NCBI RefSeq assembly: GCF_009914755.1
Contig: NC_060932.1
Source: the human T2T-CHM13v2.0 reference genome, Homo sapiens
Strand: one strand, 5' to 3'
Length of the DNA stretch: 64,000 bases
The position numbers were made by a program, and so were the translations under genes. This document shows positions 25,697-39,216 of this stretch, piece after piece. Numbering within the stretch: the stretch's first letter is position 1; every line of letters begins with the position of its first letter. The notes beneath the pieces were generated by a model. The model ran no database searches. It was not told the origin of the DNA and saw nothing but the letters and a program-made list of their open reading frames with translations.

Positions 25697-28133
25697 CCAA
25701 ACTTTTAAAAGTATATAAAAAAAAGTTTTGAGGTGTAAATCAATAAGTTTATACACTGTGCAGGAACTGGTTAATATCTGTACTATTTTTCATCTCTTTG
25801 CCAGTCAAGAAGGTGGATAATAATAGAAAGGTATGTAGAATATATGGAGGACCATATTTATGTGTTTCCTGTCGCAGTTGATTTCAAATGCCTATGAGGC
25901 AATTTTTTAGAAACATGAATAAATAAACTGCAACATTGTATACACCTATGTATACCTATGTAGATTCTCCCTTGTGACAGAAACTGAGTTTTGGATAGAA
26001 GATTTCCAATATTGATGAGAAAACACATGATGTGCTGGAATGGATGGATCTTCAGCAAGTCATAGATATGTTGCCTGCTGCATCGCATAACATTTCAAGA
26101 TACTGGATCTAGGAATTAGATTTGTGTTACTGGGAAGGCTTTGGAGAGAACAGATGTGAAATGCTAAGCCAAATGAGTGTGTGAGCTTTTCACATCTGTC
26201 CCTTTAATTTTCTGTATTTTTGCTTCATTATTTGCATCGTTGGAATGCTGTATCTGTCATATGCCAACAGATGGCAATATTATAAGATCATTTTTTTAAG
26301 ATGGTTAAAATGAACGACATTCTCTGCTGTTTCCGGATTAGTCAGATGGAAGAAACAAGATCTTTATTGGTTGTCTCTTTGGTATTACAAAATTGTATTT
26401 TTATAAATTTTTCGTAAGATATTACCAACATTTTTTCATGTCACTGCTGCCTCTTTTTGACTAGTTTTTTTTTCCTTTTGCTTAACATTTAACTTCAGAT
26501 TCAACCCATCTTTGCTATATTTTATGGACAAATCTTTATATATCTGCTTTGAAATGCAAATGAAAGCAAACTATTGGTATAACTATATTTATCAAGTAGT
26601 ACTAAATTAGTATTAGCTATGTGAAATGTTTAATGTCATCAACATTTGAAAATGCTTACACATTTGAAAATTCCTTTGCCTCTTTAGAGTACAAAATACA
26701 AGCAAATCACACTCATATTGCCCCTCTTCTTCTTTTTGTTTTTAACCAATTTTTAGACTGGCAGAAATGTTTTTATTTCAGAACCATGTGTTTGTTTGAA
26801 ATTTGTAAACTCTTCTAGAAAGTGTTGTATTTTGGACTAAGCTTCTCTTCTTAGCAACTTAAGAATCCTGTCATCTGACCTATGATGGAACTTCTAAAGA
26901 CATTTAAGGAGCTCTGAGTGCTGGCTGTTGATATGAGCATTGAGCAAAATCTTAAGATGGGAAAGAAATATTGTTGAAGGCATCCAGCCTGTATTGTTGC
27001 CCCAAGAAGGAGCACTGTTATCCCATAACTTCTGTTTATTTGTCATTTTCCTGGTTCCTTTCCCTGCACCCAGCTACCTCCGGGGCCCTGCGAACATCTC
27101 ATGCAATGCCTCTTTTTGGGGGATGTAATCCATGTCTATCCACAGATTTTCAGACACCAACCATATGTCAGAGAGTTCAAATATATCCCCAGGCCTGATC
27201 GCGTTTGGAAGGGCTTTCCTGCATTTCAGGCTGCTGGAGACTTGGTGCCTGATGTATTTACCCACTGGCACCTCAAATTCAATTTGCCTAAGAAAATTAT
27301 TTCCCTGGAAGAACATAATCCATTTCCCACAGTGTTCAGGCTAGAAAATTTTTCCACCGTGAGTTCCTTAATATTTGAGTCCCAAGAGAGACTGCGAAAG
27401 GAAAAGTCTGAGAAACTGGATATTTATCACCCCTTTGGAGATTCCCAATGCTTCCTAATGTAGTGAAAGCTCAGAAAAGACTTGCAGAATGAAGTGGCTT
27501 TAACTCAATTTAACCTAGCATCTCCCAAGCTTATTTGAACATGGGACGCTTTAAAAAATGTAACCCCATCCTGTGAAACCGGTGCCTGGTGGAAACTTTG
27601 AGGCACACAAGGTAGGAGTCATCTTTGATTTTCCCTTTCTTCTCCCCACTTTGAAAATTGGGGTATACTATACCTATGGCAAAGTGCACAAATATTAAAC
27701 ATATGGCTTGATTTCTGTATAGACACACCTGTGTAACTACCACCCAGATTAAAAAAAAATGGTGCATACTCTATGATTCTGCTTATATGAGATTTAAGAC
27801 AGGCAAAATTAATCTACAGTGAAGAAGGTAGAATAATGGCTCTCTGGTGGTGGGCACAGGAGGGGGATGGGAATGCAAGATACAGACTGTGAAGTGGCCT
27901 GAGGAAACGAATGGGTTTCTGGAGCTATTCCATCCCCTCCCCACTTGCACTCACGTTCACCTGGATTTTTGAGATTATGGTTTGAATGCCTTGACTGCCT
28001 TCTTGCTTTCTGCTCTCACTGAATGCTCTCTTCTTCCATCGGCCCTTGCTGTCCGTGGATTATGTGTCTCCCTCTTCCTGGGCTACCCTCCTGATTACTG
28101 ATGCTTCTCATATGCCTCTGGCATCAAGAGTAG

Positions 28134-28459
<326 letters not shown>

Positions 28460-29465
28460 CTCAGAACCTCTTTTTTTGCACCACCCACATTCTGTGTTCA
28501 CTTCATTTATTACACTTACCATGCTGTGCAGCCATGGTCTGTGATACATCTGTGTCCCCACTGGACTGTCAGTCCCTTGTGAGATCCCATTGAGTGGTCA
28601 ATATCTTGATTGCTGTTTTAGCTCAAGTATATGGTGGCATCTTTTTTTTTTTTTTAATGAATCCAGAACAAGCCAATGAATCTTCCTGCTTCCTATCTCA
28701 GTCTCAGCTTTTCATCCACCCTCAAGTCCAAGTCCTTTCTAAACTCCAGGCCTTGTTATGTGTATTACTCTCCCTATCATTACTCTTCAGTGGCTCCCCT
28801 GAGCTTTAAGAATGGAGGCCAGACCTCAAACTTCCTCATCTGTCACTCAAGGACTATGCAGACTCACTCCACTCAACTACACAAATTGTTTTTCCCACCA
28901 CTCCCTATTGACCATTCTCTGTCCAGGGACCCAAGCCCCTTCATATCTCCTAGTATGGCAGGTCCTCTTATGCTTCCAGGCCTGTGTTTAGGCTTTTCCT
29001 TCTGCTTTTCATGCCTCCACTTAAGTTCTTTGAGTCTCAGTTCAAACATTCATTCATCCAACAAACTTATTGTACTTCCTACTGATTCCCAGGAACTATT
29101 ACATGCCCTGAGATACAGAAGCACGCAAGACCAACAAGATCCATGAGCTTACATTTGAAGGCAAAGAAAGCTGGAAAATCTTATGAAGTAAGTGATTTTA
29201 CGTGTTAACGATGAGCTTTGTAGATCATTCTTTAAAGTAGTACAGTGACTGGCAGATGTTCTAACTAACAGAATCTTATTTGCTTTATTGAGCTTTGAAA
29301 TTAAATTCTGGGACCTCTCATATGACTATCTTCTGTATTTTACATGTTGATCCTTTCAGTAGCTTAAAAATTATCCCATAACCTTGCTCTTAATAAGATT
29401 TTTACATATTTTTAAATAAGGGAAAGCATACATAAATCAGCTTCAGGTACAAAAGGTGAGCTATA

Positions 29466-29796
29466 CAGTCATGTGTTGTTAATGACAGAAACAAGTTCTG
29501 AGAAATGCATTTTTAGGTGATTTAATCATCGTGCACCTCATAGAGAGTACATACACAAATCTAGGTGGTCTAGACTACTACACACCTAGGTTATATGATA
29601 TAGTCTATTGCTCCTAGGCTACAAACCTGTTACTGTCCTGAATACTGCAGGCAACTATAACACAATGCTATTTGCGATCTAAACATATCTAAAATTAGAA
29701 AAGGTGCAGTAAAAATATGATATGATAGTCTTATGGGACCACCATTGTATTTGTGGCCCATCACTGACTGAAACATCATTATGTGGTGCATAACTG
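29466..29796 (+). mobile_element. Tigger3a/MER7-like (TcMar-Tigger)
   Basis: TA|cagtcatg ... cataactg|TA; internal ctattgctcctaggctacaaacctgt. Confidence 0.85.
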
Positions 29797-30174
29797 TATT
29801 TAATACTGCTATACAGCTTTTTAAGATTTTTAATTGTTCACCTTGAAGTAGGAAATCAAAGGGGTAGTTTGATGTAGCAGAAAGAGCAGTAGATCAAGAA
29901 ACTTTAGTCTCATTTCAGTTCCTAACTCTTCTATTAGCTATGTCACCTTGGATAATTCACATAGCACATTGTGTTCATCTATAAAAGATATACTTAAAGT
30001 TGAAAATCTAAATCTTTCTCCAGTGTTAAAATTGCTGCAGCAAGTAGAAATAGGTAGAACTCTATCTTCCTTAAAGGAAAACTCATTTATGAAATTTGGG
30101 CTATTTTTATAAAAGAAATTAAAGTGTAGATTTTTTTTTTTACTTCGCTGTTCTTAATGTTATTGTATGAATGA

Positions 30175-31415
30175 CCTCAACATTGTTGACTTCAATGACA
30201 GATTCTCAGTCCTCATCTATATTTGGCCTATCAAGGGCATTTGACCGATTGATAATTTCCTCCTCCTTCTCCAATCCTTTATTGTACAGTCTTTTCTTTC
30301 CCCTTCTTCACTGACTGCTCTCAGTTTTCTGTACATGCTCCTCTATATCTTACTGACTTCTAAACAATGGTGTGACCCAGGGCCAAGCCCCAATTTTGTT
30401 TTCTATCTACATAGATTCCAATTACCATGCGTTAGTTATCCATTGCTGCATAACAAATTGGCCCCCAAATTTACAGCTTAAGACAATATACATTTATTAT
30501 CTTACAGTTTCTGTGGGTCAGAAATCTGGGCATAACATTACTGAGTCCTCTAACTTAGGGTTTTTCACAGGTTACAATAAAGTGTCAGCAGAGACTAAGG
30601 TTTCATCAGAAGGCCTGACTGAGGAAGGATGTACATCCAAGCTCACATGATTGCTGGCAGGATTCAGTTCTTTTCGGCTGTTGGAATCAGGGCCTCAGTT
30701 CCTGGCTGGCTCCTGCCTGAAGGCCCCCCTCAGTTCCTTGCCATGCAAGCTTCTCCAACATGGAAGCTTGCTTCATTATCCTTCAAGATCTACTTCTACC
30801 TATTCCTGCTTGCTGTAATCATAAAATCAATGATGTGTAATAGGCATCTCATAACATGTTCCACACTGAATTCCTGATTTGCAATCCATCTCCCCATCCC
30901 AGGTACATTCTTCCTGCAGTTTTGCTGTGTCAGTAAGTGGTGACTACATTTTTATAGTTTCACATGCCAAAAAACCTTACAGTAATCTATGATTGCTCTC
31001 TCTCACAACACATCAACTCATCAGCAAATCAAATTGACTTCACTTTCAAAAGACTTTATATCCAGAACTCAACCATTGCTTGCTGCCTCCCCCAGTTACC
31101 ACCCTGGTCCTGTCCACCAGCATCTCTTGAATAGATTATTGTAATAAGTCCCCAAGTTGCTTCTGTGCTTCTCCATTGCCAATCTTCATTCTATTATCAA
31201 CATAGTGGCCAGATTTTTCTTGTTGAAAGGTAGATGAAGTCACGTCATTTTTCTCTTCTGAACTTCTCAGTGGTTCTTTGCTTTAGTCAGATTAATAGCC
31301 AATCCTTGTAGGTGTCTACATGGGCTGGCCCTTTGTTTCCCTCCCTTGTCTCATCCCCTCACTCTCTGTTCGAGCCACACTGGCATTCTAGCTGCTCCTT
31401 GAATGCACCAGGCAT
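30175..31415 (+). mobile_element. L2 fragments, interrupted by an MLT1 LTR
   Basis: ttctcagtcctcatct...; cagtaagtggtgactacatt; tcagcaaatc; gagccacactggcattc. Confidence 0.65.
30428..30785 (-). mobile_element. MLT1 solo LTR
   Basis: gttagttatccattgctgcataacaaatt...ttacagtttctgtgggtcagaaatctggg. Confidence 0.75.
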
Positions 31416-31435
31416 GCATTTAAAAATGTATACCC

Positions 31436-31947
31436 AGTATTTGTTTTAATCAGGTATGGCATGACTTATAGATACAGAAATGATTGTTATGAAGGAAAAA
31501 GTATTTACTCATGGTTCCTAGAAGCAGGAGACAATTGTAAGCCATGCTGGGCCACACAGGAAGCACCAGTGTCAGTCAGGAGGCAAAGGGGTGAGAGGAG
31601 GTATGGGGAAAAGCTTTTATTGTGATTTCCATGGGGAAAGGCAAGGCAGAGTAACCAGGCTTAGGATGGACCAGTCTGAATGATTTCAGCAGGCTCTGGA
31701 GTACAGAGGCTGTCTCTGGTTGTCTGATACATGGCCCTGGGGTGATTAGGACATGGGAATATTGGCCCTCAGTGTAGGAGCTCAATAAAAGAGGTGGCTG
31801 GAGGTATTGGCTTTGGGTTGGTTGATTTGCAAGTGAAAGGCATTGCTCTCTCTAGGAACTAGCTCACCCTGGGAGGGGTGGTCTCTCCAGGATCCAGCAA
31901 GGCCCCAGAGGCCAGACCATCAAAAATTCTAAAAATAAGAACATACA
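31436..31947 (-). mobile_element. MER54-like ERVL LTR
   Basis: atcaggtatggc...aagcaccagtgtcagtcaggaggc...gcttttattgtgatttcc. Confidence 0.6.
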
Positions 31948-31950
31948 GCA

Positions 31951-32335
<385 letters not shown>

Positions 32336-32583
32336 TCACCTCCACAGATATTTGCATGAATTGCTTTATCACCAAGTCTCTGCTCAGGATTGCTTATCCA
32401 CCAGGTCTTCCCTGACCACCATCCATTCAATCTGGCCCTCCCTCCCTCAGCCCCATCATCTTCCTCTTATTCTGCTTTTCTGTTCTCTTTAGCACTTATC
32501 ACTTTTGACATGTATTTACTTATTGTCTGTCTCTCTCAATTAGGATGTAAACTGTATTAGTATAGAGACTTTGTGGGATATCT

Positions 32584-32618
32584 CACACACACACACATGC
32601 ACACACACACACACACAC
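32584..32618. repeat. (CA)n microsatellite, interrupted
   Basis: Directly visible. Confidence 0.95.
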
Positions 32619-32818
32619 CTTCCTCAGAAACTGAATAAATGAACAAATGAAATGCTTAGCTTAAGATACTAATTGTGTGGGCTTTTAAAATAAATCAAGC
32701 AGAAATAATGCTATACTGGACAGCATGACCTGGACATTAAAATGCTTTAATTCACATGGCACCTCCATCAAGATAAAGCAGTTAATCCTTTTACCTACAC
32801 ACCACACACTAATAAATA

Positions 32819-32852
<34 letters not shown>

Positions 32853-32853
32853 C
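32819..32853. repeat. Compound (TG)n(TA)n microsatellite
   Basis: Directly visible. Confidence 0.95.
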
Positions 32854-33470
32854 ACATTTATGAGGTAAGTCCACCTCCTGATTGAACAGCATTTGGGGAG
32901 ATGAGCCAATGGGGAGCATGCTCCACTCTGATAGTGAAGAGCAGGTGGGAACCAATGGAGGAGAACCAAGTCTCCTTCGGGGTTCAAGATGTGGCTGGCC
33001 CTTGCTTTCTGTTTGGATAATGTCCAAGACACCTTCTGCAATCCCTAGAGTGGACCCTTGGCAGAAATTCAGCTCAATCCATCAAATCATGTTTGGAGGT
33101 GGACCAATGACATCATATTTGCCATCACACACATTTGTCCTCAGAGGATGACTGTGTGACAGAGAGTACCCTGCCTTACAGCCAGGAATGGGAAAATAAA
33201 GGAGTTGAATAGTTCATGCCTATTTTTTTTTTTTTTTTTTTGCTTACTGGACAAGGAATATCCTTTTTCTTTAATAAGAGTTAGAGTTAAGAATGCTCAG
33301 TTTGGTTAGTACAAGAGCTGGGTGAGAGGTAATGAAACTAGTGCATTTTAAATTACCCTGGCTCATCCAGATATCATAGTGTAATACAATGCATGCATCT
33401 TTAGGCCATAATTATGTCCCTGAAAAGTTGTATGTGAAAATCAAATTCCAAATGCATTAAGAAATAAATA

Positions 33471-34092
33471 TGAGGGGTCATCAAAAAGTTCATGGAAAAT
33501 GAGTATTATGAAAAAGTTATGCATGGATTTCAAAATTTTTTCACACCAAAATAAGCCCATACTAACTTAATATAATGTGTCTGAATAGGATCTAGTTTGA
33601 GGTATTAAGAGGGATATGACATCAGTTTGAAAAGAGCCCCTATCAGAGAAACATGAATTTTGCTAAAATCAAAGCAAAAGCAAATATCAAATTTATGATA
33701 AAACTTGGGTGGAAGAATGATGAAATATTTGATGCTTTACAAAAAGTTTATATTGACTTTTTGGAGGGCCAAAGAAAAATAACATCTGCTTAGTATGAGA
33801 GTGTCTAGAGAAAGCCAAAGCTTTAGCAGAACAAAAGCCTGGAAGCTTCACCTGAGAGTCCTTACCCACGACAATGCTCCTGCTCATTCTTCTCATCAAA
33901 GAAGGGCTATGAGAGTTTCATTGGGAAGTCATTAGATCCACCTTAGAGTCCTGATTTGGCTCCTTCTGGCTTCTCTTTGTTTCCTAATCTTAAAAAATCT
34001 TTAAAGCACATCCATTTTCATTCAATAAAGTTTATAGTTTTTATTTTTATCTTTTAATTCCATTTTTTCCATGAACTTTTAATGTCTTCTCA
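33471..34092 (+). mobile_element. HSMAR2 mariner, internally deleted, dead transposase
   Basis: Inverted termini tgaggggtcatcaaaaagttcatggaaaatg / cattttttccatgaacttttaatgtcttctca; residual HDNAPAH (33867-33887) and P*SPDLAPS (from 33941). Confidence 0.9.
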
Positions 34093-34489
34093 AGGAAGAA
34101 ACACCTCATATTTTAATAGTGGTTTACATCCTGAAAATATTCCATGCATTTTTATCTGTATGATTTCGCACATTTATTCAACATACTCTGAACACCAGCT
34201 GCATGACTGGCTCTAGGCTAGAAATCAAGGACAAATGATCTAGGGAGGAAGATGATAATATGCTACCACTACCAACTAGAAGTCTGATGGCCTAGGAATG
34301 CAGAAGCTGAAGGAGAAAGTCATGTGAGTAGACTGGAGAGAAGGCTGGGGCAGAACCTGGAAGGCCAGGGTGGAATTTGAATCCAAGCTTATAGGAGCAA
34401 TAAAAATGTCATTGAAATGTAAGACAGTGACATGATCCAATTTGTGACTCTTATTTCTTTTTCCAGACAGTCTTTAAAATGTCCTCCAC

Positions 34490-34790
34490 ACACGCAGAGG
34501 CTCACATCTGTAAACCCAGCAATTTGGGAGGCTGAGGGGGGCAGATTGCCTGAGTTGAGGAGATTAAGACCAGCCTGGGTAACATGGTAAAATCCTGTCT
34601 CTACAAAAAATGCAAAAATATTAGCTGGGTGTGGTGGCACACTACTGTAGTCCCAACTACTTTGGGGGCTGAGGTGGGAGGATCACTTGAGCTTGGGAGT
34701 TTGAGGCTAAAGTGGGCAAAGATGGTGCCACTGCACTACAGACTGGGTGACAGAGTGAGACCTTGTCTCAAAAAAAAAAAAAAAAAAAGA
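34490..34790 (+). mobile_element. AluJ
   Basis: gaggtgggaggatcacttgagc; poly-A tail. Confidence 0.92.
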
Positions 34791-35509
34791 AACACATCAA
34801 AAAATAAAACATCTTCCACCACACAATATGTTTATCTTTATTGTTTCAACTTTGATGTCTTCTTTTCTTTTTATATTTACTTAGCTAGTCATGGCCACCA
34901 TGATAAAAAACAGTTGCTAAATTTAAGAATCTCTTTCTACTCTCAGCATAATAGCAGAAAACTCCTTAAGTACAAGATAAATCTGAGCTTGAATTGTAAC
35001 TCTACTACCAATTATTTGTGAACATTTGAAAAAATCATGCACCTTCCCTATCTATTTCCTTATCAGTAAAATAAAGGAGTTGCTTCAGCACATTGACAGA
35101 ATATCTTTTAGCTGGAACGTTTTGCAGCCTTTCTCCAGGAGGCACTGGGAGCTCCCAGTGATTTCTTTCTTTCATCGATACATAATATTTATACATATTT
35201 ATGAGGTACATGTGATATTTCGTTATATGCCTAGAATGTGTAATGGTCAAGTCAGAGGTTTTAGGATATCTGTCACCTGGAGATATTTCATGCATCATTT
35301 CTATGTGTTGTGAGCATTTCAAGTCCTCTCTTTTAACTATTTCAAAATATACAATATGTTGCCATTATCTGTAGTCACTCTACTATCAAATGTTAGCACT
35401 TATTATTTTTTATGATTATAACTTATTCCTGTTATTTAACCATATGTTTGTATCTATTAATCAGCCTGCCTTCACTGCCCCCACTCCCCACCCTTCCCAG
35501 CCTTTAGTA

Positions 35510-35992
35510 CAGGGGGGCCCAACTCCCAGGCCATGGACTGGTACTGGTTGGTGTTCTGTTAGGAACTGGGCTGCACAGCAGGAGGTGAGCAGTGGGTGAA
35601 TGAGCACTACTGCCTGAGCTCCACTTCCTGTCAGATCGGCAGTGGCATTAGATTCTCATAGGAGCGCAAACCCTATTGTGAACTGCGCATGTGAGGGGTC
35701 TAAGTTGCACACTCCTTACAAGAATCTAATGCCTGATGATCTGTCACTGCCTCCCATCATCCCCAGATTTCCCCCGAGCAGAAAAACAAGCTCAGGGCTC
35801 CCACCGATTCTACATTATGGTGAGTTGTATAACTATTTCATTATGTATTACAATGTAGTAATAATAGAAATAAAGTGCACGATAAATTTAATGCACTTGA
35901 ATCATCCCCAAACGATCCCTGCCCCCACGGTCTGTGGAAAAACTGTCTTCCGTGAAACTGGTCCCTAGTGCCATAAGGGCTGGGGACTGCTG
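35510..35992 (+). mobile_element. MER1A (hAT-Charlie MITE)
   Basis: cagggggg...ggggactgctg with 8 bp TSD ctttagta/ctctagta. Confidence 0.92.
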
Positions 35993-36144
35993 CTCTAGTA
36001 TATATCATTATACTCTCTATATTCATGAGATCAGCTTTTTTAGTTCCCACATATGAGTAAGAAAACATGAAAATTATCTTTGGGTGCATAGCTTATTTCA
36101 TGTAACATAATGACCCCCAGTTTCATCCATGTTGCTGCAAATGA

Positions 36145-36558
<414 letters not shown>

Positions 36559-38888
36559 TGATGGTCATTGAGGTTGACTCCGTGTCTTTGCTAGTGTGAA
36601 TAGTTCCCAGCAAGTTATTAACAAATATATAGGCATCTGCTTAAGATGGCACCTGTTTTTGTCTTATAATCTCTATTATTGAGTCAATCTATACTCACCT
36701 AGATTTATCTACTGACACACATATCTGGACACTCTTGACCTTCCCCCATAACTCCAAACTTCAAAATATTCCCATGTTCATCTGTGTGATTAAAAGCAGA
36801 AAAGACTGAGAAGATTAAAAGGAGCAGTTGCATTTTGTTACATGATTAAGTTTCATGATGCCAATAGGATTGGGCTGTTGGCCAAGCCTTATAATTGATG
36901 GGCTTGTTGGCCAATTAGGAGGAACACATAAACTTGTATTATTAAATGGTGTCACATCAGGTTTAACCGCTGTAAGAGCAGACTTGCCTTGGGTCAACCT
37001 TTGAGTGTTTGACACTCACAGTCATTACAAGGGTCTGACTGGAGGGAAGCTTAAGCTTTGGTTTTGCATTGGGGATCCCAAGAGAAAGAGTACCTACCAC
37101 TTCCTCCTTGGCATGGGGTCCTTCAGACAGTTTAGGTTTTGACTTGTTGCCTGCTTTGCCTGCTTCTTTCTCCCCAGATAGATAATGTGGACCAATCCAG
37201 TTTGGTCATAAGTCTATTTCCCTTTTTAAATATTTTGCAAAATGTTCTGGTGCATGATTAAAGCTGAAACTTGGCGCTTGGGCACAACAGGGGACACATT
37301 TGCTGCTTTGAATTTTATCAAGCAGCACACTTCTCCTCTGTCCTCCAAAGCAGCTTGGAGAATGTTCTCTAGAGTATGTATTTATTGCAAAAATATAGAG
37401 CCATGGGCCAGATTTTAATTCTGTTAACTTTTCTATGCAATGGATGTTCAAAAGAGCAATTCTGATTAAGTGTATACATAAAAGTTAGAAATTTGGAGGC
37501 CAGTGTTTTCTAAGCTATAATTATTTCTCTAGATGTCATTTCTCTGGGGCTTTACCTATTAATTTAGATGGGAGGCCTACTTTGTATTTTCCATTGCCCA
37601 TGTGGTTTGTTTATAAACAGTTTGTTTATGGAAGCTATATGTGTTGTTTTTAAATAAGATTGTGATATTATTACTGCCCATGGCGATCTCCAACCTAATT
37701 TAATAATTCGCATGGTACAGTTTCTTTAATTGAATTGTGTGAGTTGTAGATAATATGAGTGGCTCAAAGGTACCTGTTGTCTCAGAGCTCTGCTCATTCC
37801 CTCTGAGCAGGAAGCTGAAGTTTACAAAGGGATTGCTTGGTAAACAAGAGTTTAAAGAAACACCCTGAGAACAACAGGAACTGTTAAAAGCTCAGATAAT
37901 ATAATAATGTCACCCATAACTCTGGGTGTACAAACTGCAGATTTATGCAAGTAATTAATAGTGTCTTGCCAAGAGAGTCGGTAGGCTTTTCAAAAGGAAT
38001 CTTTCTTTGTGTCTTTTGATATTTAAAGAGCTGTAATTAGAATGGCAGAGCTTTGAATCCTTTTTCCCCCCATCCTCTTATACACATTAATTTATGGACC
38101 AATCCAGTATTACAGACAAGCTAATGAAAGAACCACACACTCCCTTTATAATTTTTTTTTTACAGTTTCACTTGTGTGGATGAATGTAAAGTAGTTAATG
38201 CTATAAATAAGTATAATGATGTGTCTCTTCTCTCAATTGCCAGTTGTTGATGCTGTAGTCTCAGACAATAGAAAAAAAGAATTGAATTTAAATCTCTACC
38301 CATCATGCTTTCTTCCTCTCTCTTGTGCACCAGTTAGAAAATTCAAATGTTTCTGCCATTATAAGGTGTTAAAAAAAAAGACTTAAGCTGAATTTCTGCC
38401 CCTTCTCTTTATTTTTAGAGTCAGAGAAAACAATTAAATAACTTCTGCCATTAGCTTAGGCTAAGGTTTAGCATCTTAGCTCCTCAGCAGGGTTCTCTTT
38501 CATGCTTGTAAGGGTTGGGAAGAGCACATGAACCCCTTGTCTTCTCCATGCCCTACAAGTGGGACTACACTAACAGCAAACCTTCAAATGTCCACAAAAT
38601 TAGTTTGGCTTTTGGCTCCTTATGGGAGTACTTTGACCAGAACATATGGTTGCATTCCCTAATATTTTTGAATGTTTCTTTTAATGTTTTGAAATGGTTT
38701 CTGCTTTTTTGGCAAACAGGCTATTTTTTTTTCTTTTTGTATTTGACCTAACTAAAGGTATAAAACTTATTAGAATACTTTACTTAAACAGCCTGCTGAG
38801 TACAAGGCTAAGGTCAGGGCTCATGGCCTTCCAATAACTGGGGACCAAAATATGAACCACAGTTATATTACACTTACAGAAGCACTAG

Positions 38889-39216
<328 letters not shown>

